Shown here one piece after another: positions 28,295 to 36,956 of a stretch of 64,000 nucleotides of DNA. Where the stretch lies: the IMG/VR virus record IMGVR_UViG_3300014205_000172, positions 173,172-237,171 of that record. The stretch is one strand, 5' to 3'. Both the position numbers and the translations under genes were made by a program. The first letter of the stretch is position 1. Each line of letters opens with the position of its first letter. This DNA comes from a virus (lineage: Duplodnaviria; Caudoviricetes). The notes under the pieces are model-generated. The model did not search any database. It saw only the letters and a list, made by a program, of their open reading frames with translations, and was not told the origin of the DNA.

Positions 28295-28825
28295 ATGACT
28301 ACTATTGTTCACCATGATGGCGTACTTTACGCCGACCAGTGTCACATACGGGCAGGGCGTCCGATTACCACGTATCAAGCCACTAAGTTGTTTATGTCTG
28401 AAGACAAGCAGTTTGCTTATGGGGTTAGCGGTTCCGTGATACGTCAGGAGGACCGCCCAGCGGCCGAAGCCGTTCTCCGTAAATTCATCGAAGACGTACT
28501 GGTTGCTAAGTTAGGCGACATTGCCAAGTTGAATGATTTTACTGATGGTGCTGCTTTAACCAAAGCTCTACTTGATGGTCACGCCATCATCATTACCAAA
28601 CAGCGTGTCTTTTCGGTAACGCCTGTTGGGTTTGCAGATGGGACTAATTTGACTACAGGTATTGGCACTGGTGGTTTTCTTGTGGTCGGTATGATTAGAG
28701 GCGGGATGAAGCCTAAAGAAGCCTTCGCTAACCTCGGCGACATAGATCCGTACACCACGGGTCATGTCGACAGCGTTTCCATGAGGTCGCTCAAACCGTT
28801 CGTCATTAAAGGAGATTCCAAATGA
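28295..28825 (+). CDS. HslV/proteasome-beta-like Ntn hydrolase
   Basis: N-terminal MTTIV...LYAD, KLF, GIGTGG and DPYTTG. Confidence 0.7.
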   Translation: MTTIVHHDGVLYADQCHIRAGRPITTYQATKLFMSEDKQFAYGVSGSVIRQEDRPAAEAVLRKFIEDVLVAKLGDIAKLNDFTDGAALTKALLDGHAIIITKQRVFSVTPVGFADGTNLTTGIGTGGFLVVGMIRGGMKPKEAFANLGDIDPYTTGHVDSVSMRSLKPFVIKGDSK

Positions 28826-29373
28826 GCCTTATCATCTGGATTGGCGAAGAGGTGGGGTTGCAGACAACCCCTGTCTCGATGGAAGGTCTTCATTGGATTA
28901 CCCATGGCCTGACGTTTGATCACTTCTATACCAAGTACGGCTTTGTTGCGCCGTTGAATGATTTTGATCTCAACTACAGCGCGGTCATTGAAGACCGTAG
29001 ACCACCAATGCCGAGTCATGTGCGTGATGCAACCACTGGTATCAGTTGGATGCTGATTGACCATTACGGTGAGGTCTGGCAGATCGATGCTTTTGCGGAT
29101 ACTGAGAAAGGCAAAAACATCATGGGCATGAGCAGTTGGTCCATGCCGGTCGGTCAGGTCAAAGCCATAGCCATGACAATAAACGATAGTGATCGTGACT
29201 TACTCATGGGGTTTCTGATGGCTAAGCCGGATAAGGAAGCCGTCACGAATTTCGTACAAGAGAACAAACTCGCATACGGCCGTAAACTGAACTGGTTCTC
29301 AAAGAAAGACATCGTTGAGCGCCTGCATAAAGAATTCCCACTTGAAGGAAACGATAATGTCAAACCAGCCTGA
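28822..29373 (+). CDS. hypothetical protein
   Basis: ATGA coupling; AAGGAG SD. Confidence 0.75.
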   Translation: MSLIIWIGEEVGLQTTPVSMEGLHWITHGLTFDHFYTKYGFVAPLNDFDLNYSAVIEDRRPPMPSHVRDATTGISWMLIDHYGEVWQIDAFADTEKGKNIMGMSSWSMPVGQVKAIAMTINDSDRDLLMGFLMAKPDKEAVTNFVQENKLAYGRKLNWFSKKDIVERLHKEFPLEGNDNVKPA

Positions 29374-29656
29374 AAACAAATTCTTTACCTCGGTCGAAGC
29401 AAAGCTTATCTTTGCTGCTACTCAGCTGGATGGCCCTCAGCGTACTAAAATGCTCGGCGTTGAGCGTAAGATGTACCACGATCCAGATGCCGCTGAACTA
29501 TGGCGTATTGATACCATCAACAAGATCCATAGCGCTCGATTTGATTTCGATAAGATCACTATCGAAGCGGCCGTTGGACAGGTTAACAAAATGCATGGTA
29601 TCATGACGTACACACCTTTGGAGGATGAAGGTAACGACCTTGACCTACCCGATTAA
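29357..29656 (+). CDS. J-domain-like small protein (HPD degenerate to HSA)
   Basis: EAKLIFA...LGV....Y....A..W....KIHSA...A...VN..H pattern. Confidence 0.45.
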   Translation: MSNQPENKFFTSVEAKLIFAATQLDGPQRTKMLGVERKMYHDPDAAELWRIDTINKIHSARFDFDKITIEAAVGQVNKMHGIMTYTPLEDEGNDLDLPD

Positions 29657-29662
29657 AAATAA

Positions 29663-29690
29663 TTACAGTCATACATTGCAATAGAGCACA
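29663..29690 (+). promoter_or_regulatory. phage early-type promoter motif copy
   Basis: TTACAGTCA-TACAT-TGCAATAGA-GCACA. Confidence 0.65.
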
Positions 29691-29738
29691 CCCCCACTCA
29701 TTGCAATATTTATACCTGCCCTAAGGAGGGCCTGCTTC

Positions 29739-30023
29739 ATGACTGGTATTAACACCCTGCAGTACGATGACGCGTTTGTTCAGACTAACGTTGAGTTCGG
29801 TAACGAAATGGCGCTACTTCGTAAATACCGCGATGACCTGACTCAGCAGTATCAGGCATTATCGCTGAAGAAAGTGAGTATGATCATGACTCATAGCGAC
29901 ACTTCCCATCTTCAGGTTCAGATGGATGAGCTGAGCCGTACCAAGCGCATGATCACTGACCAGATCGACGAATTGATGGCAGTACAAACCAGGTATCTGC
30001 GTAGCTGCATGCACGCATCGTAA
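29739..30023 (+). CDS. small coiled-coil protein, monocistronic
   Basis: Own promoter motif, hairpin SD and terminator at 30039-30068. Confidence 0.75.
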   Translation: MTGINTLQYDDAFVQTNVEFGNEMALLRKYRDDLTQQYQALSLKKVSMIMTHSDTSHLQVQMDELSRTKRMITDQIDELMAVQTRYLRSCMHAS

Positions 30024-30084
30024 ACCTCCTATAACTACCGCCCGGCTATCAGCCGGGCGTTTCTTTTGCAATTAAGGAAGAAAC

Positions 30085-31470
30085 ATGCCAACAGTATTGA
30101 GTTCTCGCGATTGGGGTATCGTTTTCCAACAGGTTGACAACAGCAACCTGGTTGACCACATCCCGCCGTACGTTTACAAGCTGAGCATCGATGGCAATAT
30201 GAACCTGGTCCTCGTTAAGGACCGTAAGAACTTCAATGTTCCTGAACGTCTGTATGGTTCGAACCAGGAATACCTGGAACTGCTGTACGATGACTGGCGC
30301 TCTACCGAAGGCGCTACCGGCGCAATGCTGTTCGGCAATAAAGGCTGTGGTAAAACGGTCTTGGCTGAAGCGCTGGCAAACAAATCACTGATCGCCGACA
30401 TCCCGGTGTTCATGGTTGACTCGTGTATTCCGCCTGGCATGATCAAGGCTGCCGTCATGGCATGTCCTGGTGGCGCAATGGTCATGTTCGACGAATTCGA
30501 AAAGATCTACGATGAGGACGATCAGAAGAAGCTGCTGACTCTGTTCAGTGACAGCGATCTTAAGAAAATCCTGTTCATCATGACCGTCAACGAGGCCAGC
30601 GGCATTAACAATTTCTTGATTAACCGCCCAGGGCGAATCAAGTACTGGATTCAGTATCGTGGTATTGAAGACCAGGTAGTGGTTGAAATGATGGAAGCTT
30701 TCAACGTTCCTCATCAGCTTCGGCCGTCACTGCGTGAATGGGCGCAAGGCGATGCTTCTATCATGAGCTTCGATATTCTGAAATTCGTGTGTAAAGAAGC
30801 GGCTAAATGCGCTGACTGGAAGTCGTTGGTAAAACGTGTACGTATTTTGAACGTACCCGGCATGTACCACCACGAGTACTCGCTCAGCGGTATCAGACTT
30901 CCGAACAATCAAGTTTGGCGCGAAAACTTGACATTCGAGATGACGGGTTTCCGCTCGTTCTCTTTGCACATCAAGGACGTCGAACAGGGTATCGATATTT
31001 TTGAAGAGTTTGATATCGCCTGTGGTGAGGATGGTCTTTTTAAAGCCGAACATAAACTACCCGGCGGTATTGAGATTTCCTTGTTTCGTGATCAACGTCA
31101 CTACACCGCTACAAAAGACATTGCTACTGTCTGCGTGCCGTGCAAGCCATTGCCGATCGAACCAGCGGTACCGGCGAATGGGGAGGTTGCCCAGGAGCCT
31201 GTGGGAAAGCCCCACTGGGGTCCAAAAGTGGAAATGCTTTCAATGCTTGAAGAGGTTGACCCCGCTTCTAAAGAGAGTGCGTTTCCTTACTTTCCGCCAA
31301 TGAACGCATTTGCTGGTTCGATGGGGTCGAGGAGGCTACTTCTTCCAAACGTTGTGGACATGTCAATAAAGGGAGTCCGTCTTAAAGACTCTTTTACGGA
31401 CTCTATCAGCCGAGTCCTGTCGTCAAAACACACGAGAAACAAAGGTCCTAAAGGCGACGACGTCTATTAA
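30085..31470 (+). CDS. AAA+ ATPase
   Basis: Walker A GNKGCGKT, Walker B VMFDEFEK, sensor TVN and arginine finger NRPGRI. Confidence 0.9.
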   Translation: MPTVLSSRDWGIVFQQVDNSNLVDHIPPYVYKLSIDGNMNLVLVKDRKNFNVPERLYGSNQEYLELLYDDWRSTEGATGAMLFGNKGCGKTVLAEALANKSLIADIPVFMVDSCIPPGMIKAAVMACPGGAMVMFDEFEKIYDEDDQKKLLTLFSDSDLKKILFIMTVNEASGINNFLINRPGRIKYWIQYRGIEDQVVVEMMEAFNVPHQLRPSLREWAQGDASIMSFDILKFVCKEAAKCADWKSLVKRVRILNVPGMYHHEYSLSGIRLPNNQVWRENLTFEMTGFRSFSLHIKDVEQGIDIFEEFDIACGEDGLFKAEHKLPGGIEISLFRDQRHYTATKDIATVCVPCKPLPIEPAVPANGEVAQEPVGKPHWGPKVEMLSMLEEVDPASKESAFPYFPPMNAFAGSMGSRRLLLPNVVDMSIKGVRLKDSFTDSISRVLSSKHTRNKGPKGDDVY

Positions 31471-31527
31471 CCTTAATAAGTCAGCTAGGAATGACCCTAG
31501 CTGGCACACCTATTCATGGAGATTGAC

Positions 31528-32061
31528 ATGTTTAAAAATTTGATGCATAAAGTGAAGTACCATTTCCAACGTGACGATATTGAGACCTTGCTGATTAGCA
31601 TCGTTGCATCGTGTCAGACCAATGTCAGACTCCCGTTTACTGATAATAACGGTAACATTACAAAACGTGGTGTCGTTGGCTACAACGATAAGAAGGTCTT
31701 CATCGACGTCGATGGCGTATTGGCTCAGTTCAGCAAGGACCGAATCACTCTCACCAACAAGGACCTGAAGGAGCTGGTGGCGCGTCACAAGGGTCGTATC
31801 ACGACACACCCTAAGGACGCGGTGCGGTCTCGGATTGATCAATTCAAGCACCTCACTGGAAGTGCCGTAAAGGTCCGTCATCTACCAACTGACACTGTGT
31901 ACAACATTCCATTCTTCCGCACTGACAGCGGCATCGTGATGGACCGTAACGATCCTGTCACTCATGTACCGTTGGTACTGATGCTGGACTTCTTCGCCCA
32001 CAAAATCCTGTATCTCGAAGATCTGACTCGGGTACTGCCGGGCGAGGCTGCACGATCTTAA
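31528..32061 (+). CDS. hypothetical protein
   Basis: GGAG SD before ATG 31528. Confidence 0.7.
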   Translation: MFKNLMHKVKYHFQRDDIETLLISIVASCQTNVRLPFTDNNGNITKRGVVGYNDKKVFIDVDGVLAQFSKDRITLTNKDLKELVARHKGRITTHPKDAVRSRIDQFKHLTGSAVKVRHLPTDTVYNIPFFRTDSGIVMDRNDPVTHVPLVLMLDFFAHKILYLEDLTRVLPGEAARS

Positions 32062-32083
32062 TTTAAGTAAAGCTGGAGGTTTA

Positions 32084-32650
32084 ATGAACACCAAAGCTAT
32101 TGAGTACCCCGCTTGCCTGTGGTTTGCAAACGCGCAATACAGTAAAGACGAGGTTCAGCAATTAGTTAACTTTGTTGATAAAGAAAGCGATACTGTAAAC
32201 GTTTCGCACCGTCGACAATATGGCTTACATCTGTTGGGCTATCCGGGTACTGAAACTTGTACAAAGAGTGGCGTGGTAGATACCCAATGGGTATACCTTG
32301 ACCTTTCTCAGGTCGGTGGTGCTGAGTTTTTAACAGCACGGCATCTCAGTGAAGTACTTGATGTCTTTACTGAAGCCGGTGGTGCCGTCATGGGCGGGTC
32401 CCTTAAAACGCATCTGCTTCGCAATAAGTACGCTCGATTACTGAGTGAACTTTCTGATTCAAATGAAGTGATGTTTGCTAATGGCGGCGCGTTGCTGATG
32501 AATATTTCCGCGTTCTATAATAGCTTTTATCATCTGGTTCCTGCCGCACTGTCCATCGACAAAGGGTCCGTTGATGAGTTTCCAAGCGATATGTCGCCAG
32601 AAACCCGTCGTCAGCTTCAATGCACGTTCCGTTTCCTGGTTTACGTATAA
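32084..32650 (+). CDS. hypothetical protein
   Basis: GGAGG SD. Confidence 0.75.
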   Translation: MNTKAIEYPACLWFANAQYSKDEVQQLVNFVDKESDTVNVSHRRQYGLHLLGYPGTETCTKSGVVDTQWVYLDLSQVGGAEFLTARHLSEVLDVFTEAGGAVMGGSLKTHLLRNKYARLLSELSDSNEVMFANGGALLMNISAFYNSFYHLVPAALSIDKGSVDEFPSDMSPETRRQLQCTFRFLVYV

Positions 32651-32651
32651 C

Positions 32652-32702
32652 GCATACCGCCACAGCCTTTGAGGCTGTGGCGGTATGCTCTCTTCTTTTT
32701 TA
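32652..32702 (+). terminator. intrinsic terminator
   Basis: GCATACCGCCACAGCCT-TTG-AGGCTGTGGCGGTATGC with a T tract. Confidence 0.85.
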
Positions 32703-32715
32703 TTTAAAAAAGTTT

Positions 32716-32740
32716 GAGTAATACATGATGAAGACGAATA
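32716..32740 (+). promoter_or_regulatory. phage early-type promoter motif copy
   Basis: GAGTAA-TACAT-GATGAAGAC-GAATA. Confidence 0.55.
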
Positions 32741-32774
32741 CCAATACCCCCATCCTGTTCTTTGGAGAACTTAC

Positions 32775-33347
32775 ATGGACTACTCCATTATCAACCATCT
32801 TCTTAGCCATAGCTATACCAAAGACGAGTTTGTCATTGGTGGGCTGATGGCCGTTGCCATGTCAGAACCTCTGGCGGCGAAGATCCTCAACTACGCAGCG
32901 CCGGTGATCTATGTCACCAGCACGCGGTTTAATGAACTCAAGGCTCGTGACCGCACTGTGGAACTTAGCCCTAACGAGATCCGAGTATACTTGGGTCGTG
33001 AAGGGGTTACGGTTAGGTTGGGTATTCCTTACAGTTGGACTGACGAGCATGGGTATCAGATTCTTGATACTATTCCTCTTCGGCGCTGGTTGGAGAAGCA
33101 TGGTCATGAGAGCCTTCTTAAGTACGTGCAAGATGTTCCCTTTCCAACCAGGCTTGCAAAGATGGAGAAGACCGAGGAGCTGATTACATTTGAGGAGGAT
33201 TGCGCGAGGCACGATTGGTATAGTGACTTCTCCGATTCCTTCCGTGTCCGTGATAACGGCGCTAAGGGGTTGTTGAAACTGCAAGCCCGTCGTGATGAAC
33301 TTGGTGAAAATGCCAAGGATATCTTCTTGTATTACTCGACCAAGTAA
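32775..33347 (+). CDS. hypothetical protein
   Basis: Hairpin SD; C-terminal HDWYSDFSD motif. Confidence 0.75.
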   Translation: MDYSIINHLLSHSYTKDEFVIGGLMAVAMSEPLAAKILNYAAPVIYVTSTRFNELKARDRTVELSPNEIRVYLGREGVTVRLGIPYSWTDEHGYQILDTIPLRRWLEKHGHESLLKYVQDVPFPTRLAKMEKTEELITFEEDCARHDWYSDFSDSFRVRDNGAKGLLKLQARRDELGENAKDIFLYYSTK

Positions 33348-33406
33348 TACCCTAGGGGCGTGGTTATGCCACGCCCTTTTACTTACACCGTTCAAAGGTG
33401 AACGAA

Positions 33407-33679
33407 ATGAACAAAGATTTTCCTCAGCAACTGAAACTGATGGCTGAACTTTACAGCGACCTCACCAAACGCCTTGAGGCGATCGAAGAGACGCTTGGCA
33501 GCGTACAGGCTGAGACTTACAGCGATGATATCAAAGCACTCATGGTTGACGACGTGCTGCGTTGCAACATGATGATGAAAGATATCATGAAGTACGCCAC
33601 TGATCAGCTCGCTGACGTTATCATGCATCCAGCGTTTAAAGAACTGATGGCCACATTGAAAGCTAAGGCGAGGGTTTAA
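33407..33679 (+). CDS. hypothetical helical protein
   Basis: ATG 33407 follows the AAGGTG hairpin SD. Confidence 0.7.
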   Translation: MNKDFPQQLKLMAELYSDLTKRLEAIEETLGSVQAETYSDDIKALMVDDVLRCNMMMKDIMKYATDQLADVIMHPAFKELMATLKAKARV

Positions 33680-33681
33680 TC

Positions 33682-34182
33682 ATGGCATACCTACCAGGTC
33701 AACTTGCAGGTACTTGTACTTCTGAACTGTTGGAAAATGCGTGCAGCTGCGGTAAACCTTCTGAACTGAAGGTAGTCGGGGAAACCGACAGCTTTGGTTC
33801 GGAATTCCATTTCATGTGCTGTGCTTGCTATAACGACATGAAGAAACAGGCTGAAGAAAACCCTCATCTGGAAACCTGCCCTCGCTGTAAAGCTGAAGCG
33901 GTACTGATCGCACACCGCGATCCAGATGAAGGTAGTAACGGCCCTCTGTACTACCTCTGCGGTCCGTGCCTGAAGATCTCTAACGCGTACTACATGGAAG
34001 GTCTCAGTGAAGCTGAACGCGGTCAGGATCAAAATGACGATCAGTTTGACGACGATGATCAAGATGATGATCCATGGACGCCTGAAGATGAGGAAGCGTT
34101 CCATGCTAAGCTGGACAAGGATGAGGAAGAATACCAAGCGCATCTGCTGCGCACTGACGTGACCGATGGAGAACAAGCATGA
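33682..34182 (+). CDS. Zn-finger-like protein with an acidic tail
   Basis: CSC, CCAC, CPRC and CGPC; Asp-rich C-terminus. Confidence 0.75.
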   Translation: MAYLPGQLAGTCTSELLENACSCGKPSELKVVGETDSFGSEFHFMCCACYNDMKKQAEENPHLETCPRCKAEAVLIAHRDPDEGSNGPLYYLCGPCLKISNAYYMEGLSEAERGQDQNDDQFDDDDQDDDPWTPEDEEAFHAKLDKDEEEYQAHLLRTDVTDGEQA

Positions 34183-34478
34183 CACCTACTGAGTTACAAG
34201 AAGGCGCAATGAAGCTCCAGCGTGAAACAACGGGTCAGGTGCGGGATGTTGAATCTAACATCTTCGCTCGACCTTCTCTAGTTTCATTCGGCGCGAACTT
34301 CGATGGGGATACACCTAGCCATGCTCCAATGCTGAAGTTTACGAAGAGCCGTACTCTTCGCATCAGGCTGCGGCGTAAATTCAACAACATGTCTATCAGT
34401 AACAAGAACTCTGTTCGTAAATTTCGTAAGGACCTTGCAAAAGCTGCTAAATACTTAGCGGCTAAAGATCCAGAATAA
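34179..34478 (+). CDS. basic hypothetical protein
   Basis: ATGA coupling. Confidence 0.65.
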   Translation: MTPTELQEGAMKLQRETTGQVRDVESNIFARPSLVSFGANFDGDTPSHAPMLKFTKSRTLRIRLRRKFNNMSISNKNSVRKFRKDLAKAAKYLAAKDPE

Positions 34479-34503
34479 TCTTACAGTTTGAAGGATGTGT
34501 AAA

Positions 34504-34875
34504 ATGGGTATGTTTGACAGCGTGGAAGTTTTGGCGAACAAGGTTGGCATTGACGCAGGTAGTTATCAAACCAAATGCCTGGGGTGTACTTTAGCCCACA
34601 TGACAATTGGGGAAGATGGGTGCATCATCTACACTCCTCCGGGCAGTATGAATGAAAGCGGTTATGCGTCCGACCGTGAAAATGAGGAGGTCATGCAGAT
34701 AAAAGATGGGGGGTACGGCACGTCGGGTGATGATCCGTACGAAGACTGGCTCACGATATACGGCGATGGCCATGATGGTAAATGGGTCGAGTACTACCTG
34801 CGTATTGAGAATTGCAGGATCGTGAAAGTACTCAAGTGGGATGAAGTGGTATTTAACACCCACGATCCAGAGTGA
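34504..34875 (+). CDS. hypothetical phage protein (MGMFD...YQTK type)
   Basis: MGMFD, YQTKCL and W.EY motifs. Confidence 0.7.
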   Translation: MGMFDSVEVLANKVGIDAGSYQTKCLGCTLAHMTIGEDGCIIYTPPGSMNESGYASDRENEEVMQIKDGGYGTSGDDPYEDWLTIYGDGHDGKWVEYYLRIENCRIVKVLKWDEVVFNTHDPE

Positions 34876-34881
34876 CATAAC

Positions 34882-34922
34882 GACAGAGCCCTTCGGGGCT
34901 CTGTCTAGTCATTTCTTTTTTT
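34882..34922 (+). terminator. intrinsic terminator
   Basis: GACAGAGCCC-TTCG-GGGCTCTGTC with a downstream T tract. Confidence 0.8.
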
Positions 34923-35188
34923 GTTAGATTGGTATTAGTTTACCAAACAGGATAATCAAATGAGGGGGATAAGGAGGAGCTTGCGACGACGATAGGGGGA
35001 GATAGGGGAGTAGAGATGACGAAGGAATCTCTTCCTTATTCCTATGTAATGTAAATGAATGGTTTTTTATTCATTGGAATGGAATATGGATTGGTTAAAA
35101 TGCCGGAGGCGTTTTATCTGATGTTGCTCTATTACTCTAGCTAAGAAACTATCCATTTATCTTAAACACCTAAGAGCTAAACCCCACA

Positions 35189-35476
35189 GTGAAAAGAATC
35201 CATCTAAAACCTGATGCTAAGTCAAAAGGGTTTTACGTATTAGAACACGTAGCTACCGGTAAGGTATGCACCGGGACATGCAGTAACCTGCAAGAGAGTA
35301 TCCTAGCCAGTAAGCAGCAACTGATGGTAGGTACCTTCCCTAATAAACCCTTTCAGAAAGCGTACAACAGCGACTGCGATATTAAAGCTCACTATACTGC
35401 TACAGCTACCCTTAAGGAAGCAAAAGCGCTAGAACGTGAGTACAGGCAGACTAAGTGCGATTACTTATTGCTGTAG
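35189..35476 (+). CDS. degenerate GIY-YIG (Seg-like) domain protein
   Basis: KGFYVLEHVATGKVCTGTCSNL...L..G..PNK.FQKAYN...A..LE. Confidence 0.6.
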   Translation: MKRIHLKPDAKSKGFYVLEHVATGKVCTGTCSNLQESILASKQQLMVGTFPNKPFQKAYNSDCDIKAHYTATATLKEAKALEREYRQTKCDYLLL

Positions 35477-35490
35477 TGGAGATATGAAAC

Positions 35491-35901
35491 ATGGCAGTAG
35501 AAGACGGTCTTTTAAAAACAGCGTTGATTGAAGCCCGCTATGCAATTCCTCGTGAAATCTTGGAGATTGCAGGCGGACAACCTTTCATTGACAAGGTAGT
35601 GACTGAACGACTTGAAGAAGTGCGTAATCAAACACTAAAGAATATTCCACCAAGTTGGAGGCACAAAGTAGTTCGTTACATCGTTACTCGGCTAAAGCAG
35701 GCTATCTCTGAAGTGCATGCCGGAGACAGAAAGCAGAATGACCTTAAACGTTGGGAAATCACCGTCATGAATCAGGGAAGGTTCAATGAGTTTCTTGATG
35801 GATACACGGAAGCCGAAGCATTAGCAGATGACTTGATGGATACCATTCTTAAGATCAATAGCATGCGTCGATGTGCTTCAGTAGCAGGAGTAGTCAGATG
35901 A
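35491..35901 (+). CDS. hypothetical protein
   Basis: GGAG SD. Confidence 0.7.
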   Translation: MAVEDGLLKTALIEARYAIPREILEIAGGQPFIDKVVTERLEEVRNQTLKNIPPSWRHKVVRYIVTRLKQAISEVHAGDRKQNDLKRWEITVMNQGRFNEFLDGYTEAEALADDLMDTILKINSMRRCASVAGVVR

Positions 35902-36113
35902 AAGCGTCTATCGAGCAACCTGAAGAAACTGTGTGGAATCAGCCAGTCCTTCAGCCGTTATCAGCCCGGCCAAAATTTACCGCCCCTACGAAACAACCTG
36001 TTGTCGATTTGGGCGATTACTCGGGTGCTGTATTTTTTGACTATATTCCAACAGAAGAGGAAAGGCAGATCGTTGAAGCCCACCTGATACCAAATATGTA
36101 TCCTCGTAAATAG
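35898..36113 (+). CDS. hypothetical protein
   Basis: AGGAG SD; ATGA coupling. Confidence 0.6.
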   Translation: MKASIEQPEETVWNQPVLQPLSARPKFTAPTKQPVVDLGDYSGAVFFDYIPTEEERQIVEAHLIPNMYPRK

Positions 36114-36116
36114 ACA

Positions 36117-36151
36117 GCATACAGCCAGCCCACTGTGGGCTGGCTGTATGC
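36117..36151. terminator. bidirectional hairpin between convergent genes
   Basis: GCATACAGCCAGCCCA-CTG-TGGGCTGGCTGTATGC. Confidence 0.8.
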
Positions 36152-36157
36152 CGCTTA

Positions 36158-36946
36158 CTAAACGTGTAGATAGCTGTGCTCTTTGGGGATATTGGCGTAC
36201 GCTGGCGATCCAGGAAACACGATATCGGATGCAGGGATATCGCTACTGTAAACATATTCGTTTACAGTCTTCTGAAACGGCAGCCTTTCGACAAACTCCA
36301 GCGATTCGGTATTAAGCTTAACCAAGAGCGGTATGCCGTAGAGACCGGAGTATGCCTTGGATGGCGTGAACCAGATTTTATTGCCCTTAATCCTGGCGTC
36401 ATTACTTCCATTGGCCTTAATGGATAGCCCCACACGACCTATTAGGTCAGGCGATGTCCTAGTGCCATGGAATAAGTAGATGTGTTTATTTGCAGTCCTG
36501 GCGTGAGCGAGCGCTTTCTCCTCGCCAAACTGGTTCTTATAACCCTCTACCAGACCACTGAACAGTTCAAAGGAGGCTTCCCCCATATCGGCTTCGCTCA
36601 AGATAACGCCTTTAATGGACGAATGTCCTTGAGTTATGGCTTTATACGCCCTATGAAAACCGTCCACGGTCACCAGAGTACCATCAGATCTCCGTAGGGC
36701 GATTATGGGAAAGCCGTCAATCGTTACAGCATCAAGACGCTTTTTACTGATACGGTCATGCGGGTACTGGTGTTTTAGCTCAGACAGTTTAATGTTTACA
36801 ACTGGCTTACCTTTAGCATAAGTCTGTAACTGCTCGACTGTACGCGACCATTTACTTTCAAGCTCTACGTCTCTCGAAGCGTAGTTGGATACATCCAGTC
36901 CACCAGACTCCATGGCGATGGCGAGCAACGTCTTTCGCATAGTCAT
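36158..36946 (-). CDS. putative virion-packaged ParB/Srx-N + ADP-ribosyltransferase-like fusion
   Basis: Leader LLAIAMES; PII...VDGFHR (ParB-N); LFHGT...GL...IWFT...Y...NEYV (HYE-type ART-like). Confidence 0.65.
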   Translation of the reverse strand: MTMRKTLLAIAMESGGLDVSNYASRDVELESKWSRTVEQLQTYAKGKPVVNIKLSELKHQYPHDRISKKRLDAVTIDGFPIIALRRSDGTLVTVDGFHRAYKAITQGHSSIKGVILSEADMGEASFELFSGLVEGYKNQFGEEKALAHARTANKHIYLFHGTRTSPDLIGRVGLSIKANGSNDARIKGNKIWFTPSKAYSGLYGIPLLVKLNTESLEFVERLPFQKTVNEYVYSSDIPASDIVFPGSPAYANIPKEHSYLHV

Positions 36947-36956
36947 TTTACAGCCC

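Noticed and set aside
32775-33347. Nucleotidyltransferase (FVIGG motif)
   Set aside because: No D-x-D catalytic motif follows it.
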